From positions 4,160,001 through 4,224,000 of the forward strand of contig OZ240245.1 of NCBI GenBank assembly GCA_965198175.1: DNA of 64,000 bases, read 5' to 3'. Source of the DNA: Candidatus Poribacteria bacterium (GTDB lineage: Bacteria > Poribacteria > WGA-4E > PCPOR2b). The notes beneath the pieces were generated by a model. The model made no database searches, was not told where the DNA came from, and saw nothing but the letters and a program-made list of their open reading frames with translations. How positions within the stretch are numbered: position 1 is the first letter of the stretch; each line of letters starts with the position of its first letter. Of the stretch, positions 9,801-19,057 are shown one piece after another. Position numbers and translations under genes: made by a program.

Positions 9801-10655
9801 TTATCGCGTTGCCGCGGAGATGATACCGTCCAACAGTGTCTTGCCCTCGGAAAGAACCTGTGTGGGCTCCATTTCATACCCCCAGGCAAAAGCCTCATAC
9901 TCGACCGAAATGTAACCCGGGTAATTGCTCTCCACCATTGCCCGCACCAGAGCCTCGAAATCAATTTCGCCCATCCCGAGCGGCGGGAATGCGTAGTCTT
10001 CCACATATCCTTTGGCATCCTTGGCGTGCACGTGTGCCACACGTTCGCTTAACGCCTTGAATGCTTCGGGTACGGCGTCTCCTCTGATATAGTAGTGGCT
10101 CGGATCGAACAGAACTCCTAACGATTCCAGACCGTCGTACTCGAGTAGCCGCTGCATACGACTCAAGTTGTGCACAAGGATTCCGGGAAGCCCGCCCGCT
10201 TCAACAGCCAGCGAGATTCCCAGACGGTCGGCTTCTGTAACCAACTCCCGCAGGGCAACCACCATCCACTCCCAATATTGGCTTTCCCAGCCGTAGAATT
10301 CCTTCATCCCAGAGCCGGCAACCACACATTTGACTTCCAGGTCTGACGCGAGTTGCAGCGCCTCTCTAACGAACTCTAGATTCGCTTGTCTTGTCTCGGG
10401 CACCGAATGAATCAGGTTATTGTGGGCGTTCAAGGCAACGATGGTTATGCCCGCTTGTTCCGCAGCCCGGCGCACCCGTCTTCTCGTGCTCGCGTCGTCC
10501 TCTGGACTCATGTGGGGTGGCGGCATGGGCAAGAATGGCGGTGCGATCTCAAGACTAATGTCGATGCCTTGATAGCCGTGTGCTGCGAGTATGTTAATCG
10601 CTTCTTCTGTGCTGAACTTACACAAGAGTCCAGAATTGCAGCTTAGTCCCTTCAT
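9801..10655 (-). CDS. Sugar phosphate isomerase/epimerase (xylose-isomerase-like TIM barrel)
   Basis: LAVE, FDPSH, HVHAKD, GMGEIDF, YISVEYE. Confidence 0.88.
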   Translation of the reverse strand: MKGLSCNSGLLCKFSTEEAINILAAHGYQGIDISLEIAPPFLPMPPPHMSPEDDASTRRRVRRAAEQAGITIVALNAHNNLIHSVPETRQANLEFVREALQLASDLEVKCVVAGSGMKEFYGWESQYWEWMVVALRELVTEADRLGISLAVEAGGLPGILVHNLSRMQRLLEYDGLESLGVLFDPSHYYIRGDAVPEAFKALSERVAHVHAKDAKGYVEDYAFPPLGMGEIDFEALVRAMVESNYPGYISVEYEAFAWGYEMEPTQVLSEGKTLLDGIISAATR

Positions 10656-10730
10656 GTGAAATTTTCTCCTCCGATAACACAGATGTCTCCAATGTATGGG
10701 GCATTTAGGATGACTGGAATGCGTTCACAC

Positions 10731-11582
10731 CTATTCAACATCTGCTGCACAGCGAAACCCGACGAGGCTGCCGGTGAGCGCTGGACTGAGATAGTTACGG
10801 AACGCCGCGCGAACACTGTCGGCGTTGCTGACCCAGCTACCCCCGCGCATAACGCGAGCCACTCCTGAATCAGGGCCCTTCGGGTTCTTTTCCGGTGATA
10901 TTGCATAGTAGGACAAACCCCACCAATCCGCACACCATTCCCAAACATTACCTGCCATGCCGTAGAGATTATAGCCGTTCGGCGGAAAACTCCCAACAGG
11001 AGCGGTGCTTTGATAATCGTCATTCACGTTTTTATTCGACCACCCGTAGTCTGTGTTTTTATCTGCAAAGTTGCACTGCGTTCCATCCGGGGCTTCATCA
11101 CCCCATGGAAACCGTTTCCCTACCAGTCCGCCCCGCGCCGCTTTTTCCCACTCTGCCTCGGTCGGAAGTCGCTTCCCAGCCCATTGGGCGTAAGCCGTTG
11201 CATCAAACCAGGTTGTTCCGACCACCGGCTGGTCAGGGGAATTGAAGTTTGGATCTTTCCAGTCGCCCGGCGCGGGATGTTTGGTGGCGTCCATGAATTT
11301 TTTATACTGTGCGTTGGTTACCTCATAAACGTCAATGTAGAAGGCATCTACGTAGACCGTATGCACCGGCTTCTCAGCATCTTTGCCATCGAGGCTGCCC
11401 ATCTGGAACTCGCTAGCAGGAATCAGCGCCATCGGCGCACCGTCTTTACCTGTGATACGTTCAGGAACCGATTGTGGTGCCCCCCTCTGAGCGTGCACAA
11501 CGAAGGTCAACAAGATAATGAGAAGATATGTAAGAACGGCTCGTCCTATGTTCATCAGTCCGATTGATGGGGAGATATTCAC
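10731..11582 (-). CDS. FGE-sulfatase (SUMF1/EgtB/PvdO fold) domain protein with signal peptide
   Basis: [49 protein letters not shown], plus a hydrophobic N-terminus. Start is 11582 or 11555. Confidence 0.9.
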   Translation of the reverse strand: MNISPSIGLMNIGRAVLTYLLIILLTFVVHAQRGAPQSVPERITGKDGAPMALIPASEFQMGSLDGKDAEKPVHTVYVDAFYIDVYEVTNAQYKKFMDATKHPAPGDWKDPNFNSPDQPVVGTTWFDATAYAQWAGKRLPTEAEWEKAARGGLVGKRFPWGDEAPDGTQCNFADKNTDYGWSNKNVNDDYQSTAPVGSFPPNGYNLYGMAGNVWEWCADWWGLSYYAISPEKNPKGPDSGVARVMRGGSWVSNADSVRAAFRNYLSPALTGSLVGFRCAADVE

Positions 11583-11590
11583 GATCTCTA

Positions 11591-11619
11591 ATTTTATGCG
11601 GATGTCAAGTCTATGTCAA
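11591..11619 (-). promoter_or_regulatory. Sigma-70-type promoter for the FGE/epimerase/ADH/SDR unit
   Basis: Minus strand TTGACA-N17-TAAAAT. Confidence 0.6.
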
Positions 11620-11638
11620 CACATTTTTGACTTCACCC

Positions 11639-11668
11639 TCGACTTCAATCTCGCAATTGTGATATAAT
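11639..11668 (+). promoter_or_regulatory. Extended -10 promoter for sat
   Basis: TCGACT-N18-TATAAT with TGn immediately before the -10. Confidence 0.55.
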
Positions 11669-11724
11669 CGTGTCAAACTGTACCTGATGCCAATGCCTAA
11701 ATATACTCATCACGAGGAGAGAAT

Positions 11725-12951
11725 ATGTCTTTAATCGCACCAGATAGTGGTGCATTAGTCAACTTAATCGTACCCGACAATCAGAAAGCTGAAAAACGTG
11801 ACGAAGCATCAGCCCTTCTGAAACTCACGATTACCGATTACGATATCCAGTGGGTACATGTCCTCAGCGAAGGATGGGCAAGCCCACTTCGCGGATTTAT
11901 GCGAGAAGATGAATTTTTGCAGACACTTCATTTTAACTGTCTGCGCCAACCAGACGGTACGCTTGTGAATATGTCCATCCCGATTACGCTTGACGTTTCC
12001 ACCGACAATTATAACCGTTTGAAAAATCAAGAGGCAGTTGCACTCGTTGATACAGAAGGACAAGCTGTTGCTATCTTGCGAGATCTGGAATTTCACGCCC
12101 ACCTAAAAGAGGAGCGCGTCGCACGGACATTTGGTTTAACCCACTCGGGGCATCCGAGTATTGAGCGAATCATGGCGATGGGGAATTATCTTGTAGGCGG
12201 GGAACTCGAAGTTCTGGATCGAATCACCTACAATGATGATCTCGATCAATATCGCTTGAGTCCCGCCGAGCTTCGCGCCGCATTTGAACAACGCGGCGCG
12301 GATGTCGTCTATGCGTTTCAACTGCGCAACCCTATCCACAACGGTCATGCGCTGCTCATGAACGAGACCCAAGAAGAACTCAAGAAACAGGGCTATCAAA
12401 AGCCGATGCTCCTGCTCCATCCGCTCGGGGGTTGGACAAAAGCCGACGATGTTCCGTTGCAGGTTCGGATGCGCCAGCACGATGCAGTTCTCGAAGACGG
12501 AGTTCTGGATGCAGACACAACCATCGTCTCAATCTTCCCAAGCCCAATGCTTTACGCAGGGCCAACCGAGGTGCAGTGGCATGCAAAGGCACGGATGAAC
12601 GCAGGCGCGGACTACTTTATCGTGGGGCGAGATCCGGCAGGCATGTCGCATCCAGAGCGGATCAACTCCGATGGTAGATCCGCGTCTCTTTATGATCCAT
12701 GGCACGGGATGAAGGTGTTACAGATGGCTGTTGGACTGGAACGCCTCAAAATTGTCCCGTTCCGCGTGGCAGCTTATGACAAGGTCGCGGGCAAAATGGG
12801 CTTCTTCGAACCTGACCGCGCCAAGGATTTTCTTTTCGTTTCAGGTACGCAGATGCGCGAGTACGCCCGGAAGGGCGAATCTCCGCCCAACGGTTTCATG
12901 AGCGAAAAGGCGTGGCAGGTCATCCTTGAATATTACGCTTCTTTGGAGTGA
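11725..12951 (+). CDS. sat: Sulfate adenylyltransferase (ATP sulfurylase), plant/animal PAPSS-like type
   Basis: LSEGWASPLRGFM, FQLRNPIHNGH, HPLGGWTKADDVP, MLYAGPTEVQWHA, IVGRDPAG. GAGGAG RBS. Confidence 0.93.
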   Translation: MSLIAPDSGALVNLIVPDNQKAEKRDEASALLKLTITDYDIQWVHVLSEGWASPLRGFMREDEFLQTLHFNCLRQPDGTLVNMSIPITLDVSTDNYNRLKNQEAVALVDTEGQAVAILRDLEFHAHLKEERVARTFGLTHSGHPSIERIMAMGNYLVGGELEVLDRITYNDDLDQYRLSPAELRAAFEQRGADVVYAFQLRNPIHNGHALLMNETQEELKKQGYQKPMLLLHPLGGWTKADDVPLQVRMRQHDAVLEDGVLDADTTIVSIFPSPMLYAGPTEVQWHAKARMNAGADYFIVGRDPAGMSHPERINSDGRSASLYDPWHGMKVLQMAVGLERLKIVPFRVAAYDKVAGKMGFFEPDRAKDFLFVSGTQMREYARKGESPPNGFMSEKAWQVILEYYASLE

Positions 12952-13066
12952 AACGGGAAACATAATGTATCATCATCTGTGAAACCGCAGAAGCAGTGGT
13001 CAGTGACCAGCAAGTAAGAAGCATTACTGGCACTGCTTATGAACCTCTGTGAGGAAGGAGTCACAA

Positions 13067-13963
13067 ATGTCACATAACGGTATTCAGCTAATAAGCAGCT
13101 ACACAGATGCCTCAAACTGGTTTCGTGGCAACCTACACACCCATACAACCCGCAGCGACGGCTCTCGTCCGCCAGAAGAGGTTATTGCCGACTACGAAAG
13201 CCGAGGTTACGATTTTCTCGCTATCTCCGATCACGACATCTTGGTTGGACTCGATGACTATCAGAAACAGACACCCATGACACTCATCCCGGCGGTCGAG
13301 GTGACGGCACGAGGACCCCATATCTTGCAGGTCAACGCGAAAGCGTGGATTGAACCCCACGCAAATCGGCAGTGGGTCATCAACGAAATCAACAAACAAG
13401 GCGCCGTGTGTGTGTTGAACCACCCGAATTTCGAGGCACACTTCAATCATTTTCCGCAGGAGAAGATGGAGTCCCTCGAAGGATATCACGGTATCGAAAT
13501 CTACAACGGCATTATTGAGCGTCTGCCCGGCGTCGCGTTAGCCACAGATCGGTGGGATCGCTTGCTGACAACGGGGCGCACCGTCTGGGGGTTTGCGCAC
13601 GACGATTCACATCGCCCGATTGACGTTGAACTCGCCTGGAACATGGTACACGCAGATAACTGCACGGCTGACGAGATCGCTGCGGCGCTAAAGGCGGGCG
13701 GTTTCTACGGCTCTACAGGTGTCACAATCACCAACGTAGGGGCGGAAGGTACAACGGTTCATGTTGAAACCGAAGATGCGCAGCGCATCCGTTTCATCAG
13801 TAACTCCGGCGTTATCCAATCCACCGTCGATTCCTCGCAAGCCTCATACACGCTTCCTGAAGACCCGGACGCTGCCACGAAGTTGGGGTATATCCGTGCC
13901 GAATGCTACGGCGCCGGTGGGCGCATGGCGTGGACACAACCGTTCTTCATAAGAACCTCTTGA
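13067..13963 (+). CDS. PHP-domain metallohydrolase (CehA/McbA-like)
   Basis: GNLHTHTTRSDG, ISDHD, NHP, IEIYN, DDSH, AWTQP. GGAG RBS before ATG 13067. Confidence 0.85.
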   Translation: MSHNGIQLISSYTDASNWFRGNLHTHTTRSDGSRPPEEVIADYESRGYDFLAISDHDILVGLDDYQKQTPMTLIPAVEVTARGPHILQVNAKAWIEPHANRQWVINEINKQGAVCVLNHPNFEAHFNHFPQEKMESLEGYHGIEIYNGIIERLPGVALATDRWDRLLTTGRTVWGFAHDDSHRPIDVELAWNMVHADNCTADEIAAALKAGGFYGSTGVTITNVGAEGTTVHVETEDAQRIRFISNSGVIQSTVDSSQASYTLPEDPDAATKLGYIRAECYGAGGRMAWTQPFFIRTS

Positions 13964-14099
13964 GGGTAGCTAGTTCTGCCCCGTTGCTACGGGGATAAGT
14001 TTAAGGCTCATAGATGTTGCGCCTCTCTGTTCACATGAATACGCCGTTAACGACCAGTTGCCAGTGCTTAGTTTTTCCTTTATGAAATGACATCGTGCA

Positions 14100-14136
14100 A
14101 AGAAACCGCGTTGTTTCCAAAAAAACTCGGTTTCTT
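14100..14136. repeat. Intergenic hairpin (REP-like or terminator-like)
   Basis: AAGAAACCG (14100-14108) pairs with CGGTTTCTT (14128-14136), with further imperfect inner pairs. Confidence 0.5.
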
Positions 14137-14276
14137 CTGCCCGTTTTTCACTCTCCGATGAAATAAGGCTGATTATTTTGCTAACCCTTAGTCACTGGTT
14201 ACAGTCTTTTCTCTGTTTCTCAAAAGGAGTTTCACACGTTAGACAACAGGACGGTTCACAAGTAAGGATTTAGAGA

Positions 14277-15620
14277 ATGAAAAAAGATAGAAGAATGGAA
14301 AATCACGAGTTCAAAATGTACTGGCTTTCTCATGCTAGTCCTGACGCGGTATTTGAGTGGTTACGAAATCAGGAAGAGATTGATAAAGTTCTGATTGGGC
14401 GCGATGAACCTCTGATAAATCTTGGGTTGGCATTGTGGGGATATAGCCCCGAGTCAGGCGGGCACCTTTTTAAGCATGGCGATAGGACAATAAAGAAGGC
14501 TGTCATGTCTGGGCGGTCAATACAACATCAGATGCGCCATAGTGAAGTTTTTGTCCAAGTTAAGGAGTTCGTAGGAGTATTAGAGGGGCTTCTAGAGTCA
14601 TTTGATGAAAATTTGGATTTGCTAGAATCCTACTTGTCGAACGAATTAATTGGTGAGGGGTTGCTAGCCGACTTATATGAAAAACGAACGCCATTCGATA
14701 GTTTAACAGAGGAACAGTGGATTAAAGCGATAGGTCGCACTATTTCTAATCCACGTCTTAATGCTCCATATCACGGACTAATGGATCCCTACGCTTACTA
14801 CTCATATCGCCAGGTGTTCACCGCTGGTTGGAAACTATTCGAAATGTTGCCAGTCAATGATTCATCCGCAATCGTTCTTGAACTTCTCGGAGAAAAATTA
14901 CCTCCACAAAAACCCCACGACATGGATGTGTTGGTCACAATAAGAAGGTGGGAAGTAGAGGGAAATACCGAAGACAGGGATTTGGCCCATGGTTATATAG
15001 GCAGATTCGGAATGTGCCGCTTTAACCTCGCTAGACTAATCGGAACATACACATCCGAGTTCAAGTCGTTAAAAGACAGTGATGATGTTGCTTTGAGACG
15101 ATCGTATTATCAAAGGTTCAGTCCAATAAACCCAGAGGAAATAAAGGAACTCTTTGAAAAAGAGAAAGAAAAAAAGATATTCCTTAAGGCGGCAATAGAT
15201 AATCTTAGCCTCTTTAGCCGTGAAGATTTCAGAACACAGTTGAGTGAGTGCTACAAATCACCACATACCGATCCGAGGATTTCTGAGAACTTTATAGACC
15301 AGCGTCATCGGCAAAGACAGCTACATCCAGAATGGTTTCCTGATTACACTGGAAGCCTCCCTTTTGATGAAGTTAAAGACCCTGTCCTGAGAACAGATAA
15401 ACGTCTTGAGTTTCTTCAAAAAAAGGTAGATACAATTTCAAAAAGACTAGTCGAATCTGAAGACGACGATCGACTGACTGTAATAGACGAAGTGAAAGCT
15501 ATGCTAAGCGAGTCAAATCAACTTTTTTCAAATCAATTATCACAGTTGATGGTAATTCGTTGGGGTTGGTTAATAATAGGACTGCTAATAGGTTACATTT
15601 TTGCACAATGGCTGTTATGA
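14277..15620 (+). CDS. Hypothetical protein with a C-terminal transmembrane anchor
   Basis: 447-aa ORF ending WGWLIIGLLIGYIFAQWLL. No family recognised. Confidence 0.7.
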   Translation: MKKDRRMENHEFKMYWLSHASPDAVFEWLRNQEEIDKVLIGRDEPLINLGLALWGYSPESGGHLFKHGDRTIKKAVMSGRSIQHQMRHSEVFVQVKEFVGVLEGLLESFDENLDLLESYLSNELIGEGLLADLYEKRTPFDSLTEEQWIKAIGRTISNPRLNAPYHGLMDPYAYYSYRQVFTAGWKLFEMLPVNDSSAIVLELLGEKLPPQKPHDMDVLVTIRRWEVEGNTEDRDLAHGYIGRFGMCRFNLARLIGTYTSEFKSLKDSDDVALRRSYYQRFSPINPEEIKELFEKEKEKKIFLKAAIDNLSLFSREDFRTQLSECYKSPHTDPRISENFIDQRHRQRQLHPEWFPDYTGSLPFDEVKDPVLRTDKRLEFLQKKVDTISKRLVESEDDDRLTVIDEVKAMLSESNQLFSNQLSQLMVIRWGWLIIGLLIGYIFAQWLL

Positions 15621-15698
15621 AGTCAAGATAAGCCATTTTGGTAAATAGCGCAATCCTTTTGCAAGAGGATTTGAGAACGGGTTAAATGGAGGGTTGGT

Positions 15699-15920
15699 AT
15701 GAATCTCGGTTGTCTTCTCAGGCTGCTAGGCAGTTTGGTTGCCGCAGGGATTGTCCTTATCGTGGGATATGGCTCGCTATGGCTGTTGTGGGAAGTTGGT
15801 CATAGCTCTGCTGGACACTGGATGCTCAACGTTTTGGGCATCATTCTCGGCTTGATTGGGCTGGTCGTCTGCTTGATTCCCATCGGCGTGGTGGTTAGGT
15901 TCGTATGGGGGCGTAGATGA
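15699..15920 (+). CDS. Small two-TM membrane protein
   Basis: GGAGG RBS and two hydrophobic segments. Confidence 0.6.
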   Translation: MNLGCLLRLLGSLVAAGIVLIVGYGSLWLLWEVGHSSAGHWMLNVLGIILGLIGLVVCLIPIGVVVRFVWGRR

Positions 15921-15998
15921 AGGAGTTACGGTGGCGTCCCCTCTTTGATTACTCAGGTTGCTCTTGACTCAATTTCAAATCTATGGGGGAGTTTTTGA

Positions 15999-18968
15999 AT
16001 GAATACAAAAGCGCGACTCAGCTATATGGTCGTCGCTGTCTATCTAAGCTTGTACAGCACTCTATTTGCTCAGAACCAGCAACAGATCGTAGAGATTCCT
16101 GATCCGAATCTCAGAGGTGCCATCAGGGAAGCCCTCGAGCTCCCCGACGATATCCCCCTCACACAGCTGCAACTGCTGCGCTTAGATGATTTGGACGCCG
16201 GCGGCAATCGCGGAATCACTGAGCTAACAGGCCTGGAATATGCCTCCAATCTCAAATCTCTCAGTCTATATCGCAACCCCATTGTAGATATCAGTACCTT
16301 AGCGCACCTTACAAATCTCGAAGGATTTAACCTCTGGGGGTGTCATATTGTCGATTTGACTCCGCTCCGTAACCTGAAGAATCTGAGATGGATCCATTTA
16401 GGAAATAACGAAATCTCGGACATTAGCCCGCTCTCTGAATTAACCAACCTAACCTACTTAGAAATAGCGCATAACGATATTTCGGACATTAGCCCACTCT
16501 CTAAATTAACCAACCTAACCTACTTAGAAATAGCACATAACGAAATTGTGGATTTAACTCCCATTGCGAATCTCAACCAGTTGGAAAAACTCCGCATTGC
16601 CGGTAACCCGTTCTACGACTATAGCCCTCTACTTGAACTTAAGGAAGTGGAACTGGACATCGAAGTAAATGAACGGCTCAATGTCATCGTAGAAGTACCT
16701 GACCCGAACTTAAGACAGTTGCTTCGAGAGAAACTGGCTCTGCCTGAAGCGGTGCCTCTCACACACCAACTGATGCTGCGCTTAGATGATTTGGACGCCG
16801 GCGGCTATCGCGGAATCACTGAGCTAACAGGCCTGGAATATGCCTCCAATCTCAAATCTCTCAGTCTATATCGCAACCCCATTGTAGATATCAGTACCTT
16901 AGCGCACCTTACAAATCTCGAAGGATTTAACCTCTGGGGGTGTCATATTGTCGATTTGACTCCGCTCCGTAACCTGAAGAATCTGAGATGGATCCATCTA
17001 GGAAATAACGAAATCTCGGACATTAGCCCGCTCTCTGAATTAACTAACCTATCCTACTTAGAAATAACACATAACCATATTGTAGATGTGACTCACCTTG
17101 CAACTCTAGTAAACCTAAAAACCTTGTTGATTGAGCATAATCGAATTGTCGATCATAGCACGCTTGACGCGTTGGATTTGATTGAATTTACACACGACGT
17201 ATGTTGCGAAGAGCCGAGACTGTCGATAGATGAACGGCTTCAGAACCGGGCGTTCCCCTCTGTCTTCGCTGCATGGGGCGGCATAGGATGGAGTTCCGTG
17301 CTAAATCAACCGCATCTATCAGATATTGAGCAAATGTCGCAACACGATTTATATTTCTGTTGTCTGAGTTTCTATCAGCGTTTTTTTAACACCGGGGAAA
17401 GTTGGGAGGTGCGCGGCACTAATGAGAGAGCAGAACAAATACGCGATGATTATCTTGCGCTTAATCCGAATATGATATTCCTTGTTGAAATTAGAATGAG
17501 GGAGTATCATCCATCGACTTTCCCGAGCGACTCACCATATTGGGTTAGGGATGAACAAGGCAATCCTATTGCGGGCTGGCTTAACGACTGGTTACTAGAC
17601 TTTACGCATCCTGACATGCAAGACATGATAGTTAATTTGGCGCTCGCTGTCGCTAAATGCGGATTGTACGATGGTGTCATGTTTGATTGGTGGAACGAGG
17701 ATTGGTCAACGCTTAATGGGTATCGAATAGTGGAGCAAGAGCGTGCTGCACGCCTCAATATCGTCAGACGGGTTCGTGAAGAGGCTGGTGACGAATTCCT
17801 CATAATCGTTAACGGGAATCGGCGCACCTTTCCTGTGACTGGACTTTATATTAACGGCACGTATATGGAAACGGGTCAAGATAATGAACATGGATATACG
17901 CACAAGGGGTTGACCCAGATTGAAAACACCTTGACCTGGGCGGAGGAAAACCTCAAAGAGCCCCGAATCAATGCGGTAGAGGGTTGGAGCATCGCTTCAG
18001 AACCGCTGGATAGTCCCACCAACTTGCGTTGGATGCGCGTGTTCACCACGATGGGACTCACGCATTCCGATGGCTATGTTCTCTATAAAGACGGTACTCA
18101 AGGTAAACATTATTGGTACGACTTCTGGGACGCCGACCTCGTCAGACCGGTCGGTGAAAAGGCGGTGCAATACGAGAACCGAAACGGACTCTTTATCCGA
18201 GAATTCACCAACGGCTGGGCGGTCTATAACCGCAGCGGCGAAACCCAACAGATTCGGTTATCTGAGGAGGCGATTGGTGTTGAGAGTGGGGAGCGGGGCA
18301 AAATCCACCAATTGTCCGACCTAGATGGAGAGATCTATTTGAAGGTTGTGAACCAGACGCCGTGGGACGTGAATCAGGACGGTGTTACGGACATCTTTGA
18401 CCTCATCGCCATCGCAAAGAATTTCGGGCAAGACATTCCGGATACCGATTTGAACGGCGACGGTACGGTCGATATCTTTGACCTTGTCCTCGTTGCCAAA
18501 CATCTAGGTGACTCGACGAATTCTGCCGCACCGGACATCGGAGCAAGCACACCCCCTCTCTCTTCCAAAACCGTTCACGAGTGGATTGATATGGCGCACC
18601 TTGCAGATGACGGCTCGCTCGCCTTTCGGCAAGGTATCGCTAACCTCAAACGCTTGTTGACTGTGCTTGTTCCCGACCAAACTGTTTTGCTCTCGAACTA
18701 TCCCAACCCCTTTAACCCTGATACATGGATACCGTATCATCTTGGTGTGGATGCCGATGTGACCGTCACAATCTATAATTTGCGTGGTGAGTTAGTCCGC
18801 CAGTTGGACTTAGGGTTACAGGAGGCGGGGTATTACGTAGAAAAGAGCCGTGCTGCGTATTGGGACGGGACAAATGAGGACGGGGAATCGGTCGCAAGCG
18901 GCGTCTATTTCCTTAAATTGGATGCTGGCGAATTTACCGCATCGAAGCGAATGGTCGTCGTGAAATAG
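15999..18968 (+). CDS. Secreted internalin-like LRR protein with putative glycoside-hydrolase barrel, dockerin-like and FlgD-Ig-like C-terminal domains
   Basis: Signal peptide; two capped LRR blocks (IPDPNLR..; LxxLxLxxNxIxDIxPL); DGVMFDWW...IIVNG...YME module; DVNQDGVTDIFDL and [27 protein letters not shown]...WDGTN..GE.VASGVYF. Confidence 0.88.
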   Translation: MNTKARLSYMVVAVYLSLYSTLFAQNQQQIVEIPDPNLRGAIREALELPDDIPLTQLQLLRLDDLDAGGNRGITELTGLEYASNLKSLSLYRNPIVDISTLAHLTNLEGFNLWGCHIVDLTPLRNLKNLRWIHLGNNEISDISPLSELTNLTYLEIAHNDISDISPLSKLTNLTYLEIAHNEIVDLTPIANLNQLEKLRIAGNPFYDYSPLLELKEVELDIEVNERLNVIVEVPDPNLRQLLREKLALPEAVPLTHQLMLRLDDLDAGGYRGITELTGLEYASNLKSLSLYRNPIVDISTLAHLTNLEGFNLWGCHIVDLTPLRNLKNLRWIHLGNNEISDISPLSELTNLSYLEITHNHIVDVTHLATLVNLKTLLIEHNRIVDHSTLDALDLIEFTHDVCCEEPRLSIDERLQNRAFPSVFAAWGGIGWSSVLNQPHLSDIEQMSQHDLYFCCLSFYQRFFNTGESWEVRGTNERAEQIRDDYLALNPNMIFLVEIRMREYHPSTFPSDSPYWVRDEQGNPIAGWLNDWLLDFTHPDMQDMIVNLALAVAKCGLYDGVMFDWWNEDWSTLNGYRIVEQERAARLNIVRRVREEAGDEFLIIVNGNRRTFPVTGLYINGTYMETGQDNEHGYTHKGLTQIENTLTWAEENLKEPRINAVEGWSIASEPLDSPTNLRWMRVFTTMGLTHSDGYVLYKDGTQGKHYWYDFWDADLVRPVGEKAVQYENRNGLFIREFTNGWAVYNRSGETQQIRLSEEAIGVESGERGKIHQLSDLDGEIYLKVVNQTPWDVNQDGVTDIFDLIAIAKNFGQDIPDTDLNGDGTVDIFDLVLVAKHLGDSTNSAAPDIGASTPPLSSKTVHEWIDMAHLADDGSLAFRQGIANLKRLLTVLVPDQTVLLSNYPNPFNPDTWIPYHLGVDADVTVTIYNLRGELVRQLDLGLQEAGYYVEKSRAAYWDGTNEDGESVASGVYFLKLDAGEFTASKRMVVVK
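16174..17081 (+). repeat. Near-identical intragenic duplication of about 308 bp (16174-16481 and 16774-17081)
   Basis: Offset is exactly 600 bp, with about 7 mismatches by eye. A separate 66-bp LRR tandem lies around 16416-16545. Confidence 0.9.
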
Positions 18969-19057
18969 GACTGAATTCGGGGTTTTATGTAGTGAGCAAT
19001 ACTCACCTGTCAAGCTCGCAGCATATTGTGGATTTCTGGCGATCCGCTTTTTCACTC

